Shown piece after piece: positions 55,001-64,000 of a stretch of 64,000 nt of DNA. The notes beneath the pieces were generated by a model, which did not search any database, was not told the origin of the DNA, and saw only the letters and a list, made by a program, of their open reading frames with translations. The DNA is taken from the NCBI GenBank assembly GCA_051294905.1, contig CM119371.1, forward strand, positions 3,226,001 through 3,290,000, written 5' to 3'. The stretch's first letter is position 1. Every line of letters starts with the position of its first letter. The translations under genes and the position numbers were made by a program. Source of the DNA: Botryllus schlosseri. Taxonomy: Eukaryota.

Positions 55001-58000
55001 ATATATTTTTCCCTGAGCAACAAACCATTTTCACTTGGTGGTCCGTCGTTTAGCCGAGTAAAAATATCATTTTCCTTTGGAGATCTGGCGTTTGCCCAGT
55101 GTAACTATACATTTTCGCTTGGAAAAATACTTTTACCTAGAGTAACTAATCATTTTCTCCTGGGTAACAATCCCTTTTCGTCTGGAAACTATCATTTAAC
55201 TGAGTACCAATACCGTTTTCACTTGGAAATACATTTTTTCCCTGGGTAACAATACCATTTTCGTTTTGAAAACTGACAACCACACCGGCCAATTTGATAT
55301 TTTTGTATATTGTTACAACGAACAGTGACGGAAATATACACAGACTACCGGTTTCAGAGTATACCCCCATCAGTCGTATCACATCAATATCATCGGTTAA
55401 CGACATACAATATGCTCTTGTACACCGAAATGCATGTTTTGGAAAATTGGACAATAGGCTTCGATAGTTCTGTGATGTCCGGGTTCGTGCTTTGGATTTT
55501 CCAGAGTCAAAATGTCTGAATAAAACACCTCCTTGACGATGGTTGGTATGTGGATAACGGTGTTCGGAAAACGGTTGGATTTATGTCACCCATCGCGATA
55601 ACAACTCCAGGTCGAGTTTTCCTCTCGCATGTTTACTATACTGTGTCTTTATTGGTCAATGTATGTCTCGACATTCAGTTTGAAATCGGAAATGATAAAG
55701 TATGTAACCGGATCCGGATATCAACTGTGAATCGATAAACCAATGGACAATATTCAAAGTAAACATGTTACACCCTGTGTTTCCACGAAAAAATACCATC
55801 CAGACATACGTCGCGCTTGTTTGCCCACACCAGTATACGCGTAAATGGAGGTGTGTGACATTGCATGCAATGTGTTGGTATACAAACATCGATCCACAGA
55901 CATTATCGTAGCCGGTAGTTTTGATGTAGATCGAATGTCACCTGATAACAATGTCATACCAATAAGCCACATTGCAATGACTCTGAGTCAATCTGAAGCA
56001 TGATATACGGACACACAAACATAGAAACCGTAACATGGGTATTCACACGACGGTGAAAGTGAACTATACAGCATATACCAATAGAGTGTTCACAGTCAAA
56101 TATGCGAACCGTGCACAATCATATACCCTGTTTTTTGTTGGATATGTACGAAACCAATAAATCGATACATTTCTGTTCCTTCGATGTCAATAATACAAGC
56201 GTCGTTCCAATGTATCGCTCGAATGTAAGGTTCGTCGGGTGTAAATGCCATGTCAAATAACACCAAAGTGTGCCTTCTGTGTTTTATTATTTCCACCGAT
56301 GCATCTTACCTGTGTCGTAACACTATGGTGCAGGGACTCGAAAAACGGTACTTTGTAAAACGGATTGACATGCCCAACTGAATCGACGTCAATAGCCTTG
56401 TGACGATGGCGTTTCAAAATGATACCGATCTCTTGTGGTGATGACCGTTTCGAAATGTCACCGGACGAACTGGACCCTTACGATGATGTGTTTTATGATT
56501 GCGTGTGAAATCACGAGGTAGTGTTCTATTGTGGTGTACGATTGCAGTCTTCATTCCACAGAAACATACCTTATTGGATCACAGTATCAGTCCGAGATTT
56601 ACAGAATCACTGTTCACGATATTTATCTGGAGTCGTTATGTGGGAGTAGCGACATCCATTCATCGTGACTGAAAGACTGATCGCAATCATTTCGAGCACC
56701 CGTGATTCGATAGTTCACCTAGATCAAACGCTGCAGTCTCGGCAGAAAATTTCGGTGTCGACAACACGACGGATATTGACCGATGTATCCAATTGGTCTG
56801 GGTGGTCTGTCTGCAGATAGAGTCATGACTATCTTGCAATGTAACAACACGATAAGACCATCGAGTAAATCAGTGAACGGTGTCGAAATATCGATGTAAT
56901 AGCGCAGACTCAGAGTCATTGCAATGTGGCTTATTGGTATGACATTGTTATCAGGTGACATTCGATCTACATCAAAACTACCGGCTACGATAATGTCTGT
57001 GGATCGATGTTTGTATACCAACACATTGCATGCAATGTCACACACCTCCATTTACGCGTATACTGGTGTGGGCAAACAAGCGCGACGTATGTCTGGATGG
57101 TATTTTTTCGTGGAAACACAGGGTGTAACATGTTTACTTTGAATATTGTTCATTGGTTTATCGATTCACAGTTGATATCCGGATCCGGTTACATACTTTA
57201 TCATTTCCGATTTCAAACTGAATGTCGAGACATACATTGACCAATAAAGACACAATATAGTAAACATGCGAGAGGAAAACTCGACCTGGAGTTGTTATCG
57301 CGATGGGTGACATAAATCCAACCGTTTTCCGAACACCGTTATCCACATACCAACCATCGTCAAGGAGGTGTTTTATTCAGACATTTTGACTCTGGAAAAT
57401 CTAAAGCACGAACCCGGACATCACAGAACTATCGAAGCCTATTGTCCAATTTTCCAAAACATGCATTTCGGTGTACAAGAGCATATTGTATGTCGTTAAC
57501 CGATGATATTGATGTGATACGACTGATGGGGGTATACTCTGAAACCGGTAGTCTGTGTATATTTCCGTCACTGTTCGTTGTAACAATATACAAAAATATC
57601 AAATTGGCCGGTGTGGTTGTCAGTTTTCAAAACGAAAATGGTATTGTTACCCAGGGAAAAAATGTATTTCCAAGTGAAAACGGTATTGGTACTCAGTTAA
57701 ATGATAGCTTCCAGACGAAAAGGGATTGTTACCCAGGAGAAAATGATTAGTTACTCTAGGTAAAAGTATTTTTCCAAGCGAAAATGTATAGTTACACTGG
57801 GCAAACGCCAGATCTCCAAAGGAAAATGATATTTTTACTCGGCTAAACGACGGACCACCAAGTGAAAATGGTTTGTTGCTCAGGGAAAAATATATTTCCA
57901 AGTGAAAATGGTTTGTTGCTGAGGGAAAAATATATTTACAAGTGAAAATGGGTTGTTATTCAGGGAAAAATATATTTCCAATGAAAATGGTTTGTTGCTC

Positions 58001-60664
58001 AGGGGAAAAATATATATTTCCAAGTGAAAGAGGTTTGTTAACCAGAGAAAAAATATATTTCCAAGTGAAAAAAGGTTTGTTAACCAGAGAAAAAATATAT
58101 TTCCAAGTGAAAAAAGGTTTGTTAGCCAAGGAAAAAATATATTTACAAGTGAAAATGGTTTCTTACTCTGGGTAAACGTCAGATCTCCAAAGGAGAATAA
58201 TATGTTTAGTCAGGTAAACGATGGACTGAGAAGTGAAAGTGGTAATTTTACATAGGTAAACGTCGTGGGTTCAGTGTCGTTGGTCTTGTTAAACGTTATC
58301 GCTTGACGTTGGTATACTATTACGAGTGTGAAAAGGCTATGCACGTCTTGTGCGGAGTATCGCGACAGTGAACATATTTTTGGTGTGACGAAACAAGATC
58401 GTTGTTTACATGTTAATGCATTTCGATTACCGAGTAGCTGTACAACAGAGAGGAGTCTACAGTTAGTTCGTGCTGTATGTCCCGACGAAAACCACAAGAC
58501 CACATGTACATCTATTAGCACAACTCGATGATGTTGATATAGTGTTACTTGAATTAATTAATACCTAATTACACAATATAAAAATAAAAATTCTTGTCGT
58601 AGTAAGTTTCTTGAACTCGTACTTGATGAAAACGAATGGTGACAAGTATGCGTTTGTGTTTGAGTGAAAAAGAATTATTTAGAGTAGTGACAGTTTGTGA
58701 CCAACGAATGCAAATCGATCATGATATTACAATATACGCTTTCGTCAACATAACGACTTGGTGTAGAAATACTTTCACGTTTTTTGAATAACTGGATTCT
58801 CGAGACTTGTTACTTGTACGATGTACCGTTGGTGTGCAAACTATAACGACCATTTTGTATGATAGTATGTTTTACTAGTGAGGATAACCATATGATGACT
58901 CACCACATTTCGTTAGCAAAGTAGATTGATTTGTGTGTAAGATGTAAGCACCGTAACTAGAAAACATATGCACTCTGTTGTTGGAGTAGCTGATTCATTG
59001 CTATGACATGGACATATCCTGAAGCCTTGGTTTGTTGTCTTACGAAAGATGACGCGACCTCGGTGTCGTAAATTGTGTTAACTAAACTCGTATGGATACC
59101 ACAATTGTGCTGGACTTACACATGGTATTCGTATACTGTACACATACAAACTTTTGTGTAAACAACTCTGGTGTTTCTGTAAATACTAGTTCTGTGTTGA
59201 ACTACTTGATTATTAAGATACATGAACAACCATTCAGACAATAAAGTTCTTGAGGTATCGAAACAGTTTGAAAGCACCACCAATCATTGTACAGGTTTGT
59301 AGCATGGGAATATCGAGTATTTTCGTGTAACATGAATATATTTCATATACCTTTGGTATGAAATGAGTTGCGTGGGGTAATCATACACAACCTACAAAAG
59401 TTAAACTTGTAGCGTTTGATTGCCTACTTTTTATCATTGTTTGTTATGGTTTTGAAAGACGACTGAGTTTACATTTACATATAGTAAGCGGAGAAACTCA
59501 AGTAATAAATTTTACTCGTTTGACAATATCGAAATCTCGAAATGTGACTGCGTGAAAGTTGGTAGTCATGTTTGTCAGTCCTATTTCAATTCACACTATA
59601 CCAAAGTCAAAATATTCCATTTTGGATTATCTGAATTTACCTTTTGTACATCTCGCGAATAGATTCCGACCCCGTATTTTTAATAATAAGGACTCGAGGA
59701 TTTTCAATCAACAATACCTGAATTTTTTGGTAATGCTAGAGTTGGCAAATGATTAGTTGCATGTTTTTGTTAATTGTTTGATTTCAAGTTGATAAATGCA
59801 ATGATTGTATGTGCGTACTTGTGATTCTTGATTCTTGTTGACTTAGTTGGTGTTGACTCTATAGGTGTGAAACAGCGGTGTGGAATGTGTGAATAATTCG
59901 ATGCGGCTGAAGTTGGAGTCAGTAATATTCAGGTTACGTTCGAATCAACTGATCGCGTTAAAAAGATTACTCAAAATAATTAGAATTGTACCGAATTAAC
60001 ACATTCAGATACGAATCAACTTGAGCTGTGTAGTAAGTTTCATTTCAAGTTGACAAATTGACACACTGATTGAATATTTTCATGATTTGTATCACGCAAA
60101 GTCAACGACTGTTATGAAGTGTCAAAACATATAGCGATCGCGTGCAAGTGTCAAATTGTCGGTTTTCGAATCACGGTCTGCGCTGGTACTGTTATTCATT
60201 ACTTATTACTTGATAGTAACAACCATCGACATATTACACTGTAGCGATTGGGATGTATGTAATGACAAGACGCGAGAAATGGCTATGTCTTTGGTGTTAT
60301 CTTGTGAGCAATCGTGGGATTTGTAACCTATTTCACGCGTTTTTGAAGTGTTGGTTTGTGAACGCTGCTATTGTTGATATTCGAATCACCGTCTACGCCG
60401 GCTCTGTGGCAAACCAATTACCAAAATATTACATTGTTAACGATCGGCATGCATGTAACAGCGAGTCGCGAGCGATGGTTATGTCTTAGGTATTATCTTG
60501 TGAGCGATCGCGGGTGGATTATCTGAATTTACCTTTAGTACATCCTGCGAATGGATTCCGACACCGCACCATAACATTTTTGATAATAAGGACTCAAGGA
60601 TTTTCAGCCAAGGAATACTTGAATTATTTTGGGTGATGGTAAAAAAAAGTTAATGATACGATTG
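49001..60664. mobile_element. Second, diverged giant palindromic AGTAGT element (element 2), right arm interrupted
   Basis: Starts AGTAGTATAGTAGATCG, with subterminal repeats related to element 1; arms 49001-55989 and 56907-60664; 917-bp loop; colinear homology with element 1; the right end and TSD are not in the window. Confidence 0.85.
56096..56371 (-). pseudogene. Homologue of the 91-aa loop ORF with an in-frame TAA at codon 22
   Basis: MSIRFTKYRFSSPCTIVLRHR*DASVEIIK...GSHI*; same 276-bp length as 41129-41404; TAA at 56306-56308 replaces CAA. Confidence 0.75.
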
Positions 60665-63600
60665 AGTAGTATTATACAGCGGGTTTATACGCCGACCAAT
60701 AGTCATCGAGTATTTGATCACGTGACATCTGTTAGCCAATCAGAATGCAGAACAATGTAGGTGTGGTTCCAATACGAGAGAGGTTTTGGTTGTTGGAGAG
60801 ATGGCATAGTTCCAGTCCAGTAACGCTGAGATATTTATTACGTCATTGCGTAAGTTGATTACCTATGATTGCGTATTGCACCATATTCATGATTACGTCA
60901 CAAGCGTAGTTGATTACTTTAGTTATTACTAGAGCGACTTTGCTTAGTTCCAGTAACGCTGAGATATTATCACGTCATTATTGCGTGTAGTTCCAGTCTA
61001 ATAACGCTGAGAAATGTTTACGTTATTATGATTGTGCAGTTGAAGCATGTGCAGTAATGATTACGTCATATGCGTAGCTGATTACTTTAGTTATTACGAG
61101 AGCGGCTTTGCTTAGTTCCAGTCCAGTGAAAACTAACATTTAAGCCGTCACTATCCCAGGATCTCAGGGGAGCTCTACGCGGTGTTCTGAACGATTAGTA
61201 AATGTGCTCGATCGTTTATTACTTCAAATAAACTGCACATGTGTATTTGATTGTGTAAAATGTATTATAAAAGTCAGTCGACGGAAGTGAATAGACAAGT
61301 CTGAACCTGTATATTGCAGCATATTAGAGATAAATTGTGCAATAACCGTTTTCGCTGAGTCATAAAACAAAACAAAATGGGAAGTATGAGCGATTTGCAA
61401 GTTTGATGCACCTGAAATCGGTATCATTATAACGTTCATTTCATAAAAAGTCAATTTTGACTTGCACAAATCATCATCGAGGCTACTCAAGGGTTAAATT
61501 ACACTCAAAAGCTAATCAAGTAGCATCACCTGCGATAATGCTACTGCGTATTGCTATTTGGAAAAGCTCCAATAGCAAAGCCAGCATCAGCATTCTGGAA
61601 AACTTGCAATAGCTTATTTTTATTAATCATTGAAATCGTGCACATTATAATAGTGAACGTCTTTTGTACAAACTAATTATTTTCATCAACAACGCAAGAT
61701 AATTGATAATTTACCTAAAAAATGAATAAGATATACACAAAGCAACAATGTTATTAATTTCAACATAACGACCAATTCCGTTGCGCATGCTATGTTTTCG
61801 AAACGACTACATTAGTCGCGCATGAAGCAGATCTGTCCACCCTGTACTATAGTAATGTGTTAAATGTGTACTCAAATGTATATTGTGAATAAGACCAGTT
61901 ACGCTACAGCTACTGTGTTTGTTACTTCCAGTCCAATAACACTGATAAATATTTACGTCATTATGATTGCGTATTGCAGTTGAAGCATGTTCAGTAATGA
62001 TTACGTCATATGCGTAGTTGATTACTTTAGTAACGCTGAGATATGATTACGTCAATATTGCGTTGATCGCCTTTGTTATTGCAGTTGAAGCAAGTGCAAG
62101 GCAATATATAACGTGTAATATTTATTACATGATTATTCGCTGTACGCTGTAGATTGAATGTGTGTAATAATATAAAAATTGGCTAAAATTGTGAATATCT
62201 AATCATTGTGAAAATAGCAATTATCTCATGTTGTTGATGAAAATGATCAGCTTACGTTGTTATAAGCTCCAAAGCATGATTTAAATATTTTTTAAATATT
62301 CCATTTTTTAAATAATAATACTTTGGTTCTAACTTTGGAATAATAATTATTGATAATATTTTCATTATTCATTGAAATCATTGTAGCTTATAACGGTGTA
62401 CATCTTTTAAATATTATTGTAATGATATCAATTATTAACGAAAAAATATTATCAATAATCTTATTGATTTTTTAGTTAAATTATCGATTATCTTGTGTAG
62501 TTGATAAATTAGTTTGTACAAAAGACGTTCACTGTTATAATCTACATGATTTCAATGATTATTAAAAAATAATTTTACTATTAAATCTAACAAAGTAACA
62601 ATATAAAAAATTGGCTAATATTGTGAATATCGTATCATTGTGAAATTAGCAATTATCTCGTGTTGTTGATGAAAATAATCATCTTACGTTGTATTAGGAT
62701 TAATTTTACAAAACTGTAGTGTAAAGGTTTTTAGTACTTTGGAAAAAGTAGTTTCTATCTACTTTACTAAATTTGATGTAAAGTGTTCGACGATTTAAAA
62801 AATTGGTATTTATTTTACAAAATCCCCACTATAAAAGTTTTTATAAAATCGACTTGAGTAAGTACTGTCACTAGGCAAACGCTAGCAGAGTGTACTCTGA
62901 TAAATGTAATAGTAGTAATCGATTATCGCGAAATAAATAGATAACATACAATATGTGCGTTGCTACGATGTCTCATAAATACTTTCATTTAATGTATACA
63001 AGTAGGTTATTTATACGTTAAGTAAAGAATAAAAAAATTAACGCTATCTCCGTAGAAAGATATGTAAATATACTAGAACGGTTACATCTGAACGCCTGCA
63101 AGTAAGAACGTAAGCTGATCATTTTCACCAACAACATGAGATAATTGCTAATTTCACAATGATTAGATATTCACAATATAAGCCAATTTCTATATTTTTA
63201 CTGATTATCTTATCATTGTGAGGTTTATTCAACTCTCATTAATTCAGGATTCTAGAACTACTGAAGTCTCATGGAATTATAAAATACCGTGCTTTGCAAA
63301 CAATGTAAAAATAATAGAAGCGAAGTTAGCTTGGTTCCCTGGGGACATCTATGCCTTTGTCAGGAATGTTCATCCAACGATTAGGTAATTGAATGCGCGC
63401 GCTTATCAATGCGTCTTGAAAAGCTGGTGGACGGGAAGTGAATACCCTAGACAAGTCCGAACCTGTATGTATTGCAGCATATTAGAGATAGCTTGTGCAA
63501 TAGCCCTAAATACAACAAAATGCGGAGAGCTGATATCGCAATAGGTGCGCGGTATTCGACAATAACAAAACGCAATTGTTCGAACTTAGTGCATCCCATA

Positions 63601-64000
63601 CCGCATTGTTAGCTCTAAATACTTATAACCGTTGAAAAATCTATTCCCCAATGAGTTAGACAGAAATGCGTTAGTCGTAGCGATTCAATCGTGTGCTCTA
63701 TAATAACAAAAACACAAATGACTTAGTGGATATCACTGCTAGCTCTAAATACCAGTTGCATAGCTGAGGCTAAATGCCGTAAATAACTACTGAGTTGGCC
63801 GAGTGGTGATGTACTTGCTCGGAAATCGTCACTTCTTGCACTTTACTAAAAATTTGCTGCTACTAAAATGTTAAAATGTACTTTTTTCAATGGCCTTGAT
63901 GAGCAGCGTCAGTTTCATCTATATCCTATCATGCATTTTCGTACAGCAGAATGACTTATCGCATCGTAGAATAGCAAAAATACATCGAGAATCTGCAGAC
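60665..64000. mobile_element. Third AGTAGT-starting element (different sequence family) inserted into the right arm of element 2; right boundary unknown
   Basis: Arm symmetry stops exactly at ...tacgattg|AGTAGTATTATACAGC; followed by subterminal repeats (ttccagt..taacgctgagatat..acgtcatt) and AT-rich internal direct and inverted duplications. Confidence 0.6.

Noticed and set aside
56300..56312. The TAA in the element 2 loop ORF read as a splice donor (CAG|GTAAGA)
   Set aside because: The sequence after it keeps aligning codon-for-codon with the intact copy, so a nonsense change is the simpler explanation.
33443..60664. Palindromes as sequencing or amplification fold-back artefacts
   Set aside because: A clean TSD, transposon-type termini, an arm-specific MITE with an empty site, arm-specific deletions, scattered substitutions and homologous loops in two diverged copies argue for real structure.
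61224..63500. Helitron helicase remnant (LQYTGSDLS segments near 61300 and 63460)
   Set aside because: Only a vague resemblance to Pif1 motif V/VI; the key residues (KSQG, YVALSR) are absent.

Overview
AT-rich, intron-containing animal (invertebrate-type) genomic DNA; the species cannot be determined from the sequence. One host gene can be rebuilt with phase-consistent GT-AG splice sites: a minus-strand NACHT-LRR (NLR-type) gene with exons 29203-27764, 24479-24169, 21207-21103, 18060-17911, 15901-15734 and 13256-13008, plus a probable N-terminal exon at 47397-47251. Most of the rest is transposon-derived: a 40-bp satellite, a 3-kb modular foldback element containing a P-type excision footprint, many nested hAT-type MITEs, and a MITE pair that has inverted the DNA between them. 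The most notable structure is a family of giant, almost fully palindromic elements with Polinton/Maverick-type ends. The complete copy (33443-46300) runs 5'-AGTAGT...ACTACT-3' with a 6-bp TSD. A diverged copy starts at 49001, and a third AGTAGT-starting sequence interrupts it at 60665. The two related copies show no recognisable polymerase, integrase or capsid gene. They consist of multi-kb near-identical arms around a ~1-kb loop that carries a conserved, indel-free 91-codon ORF of unknown function. All alignments and counts were done by eye.
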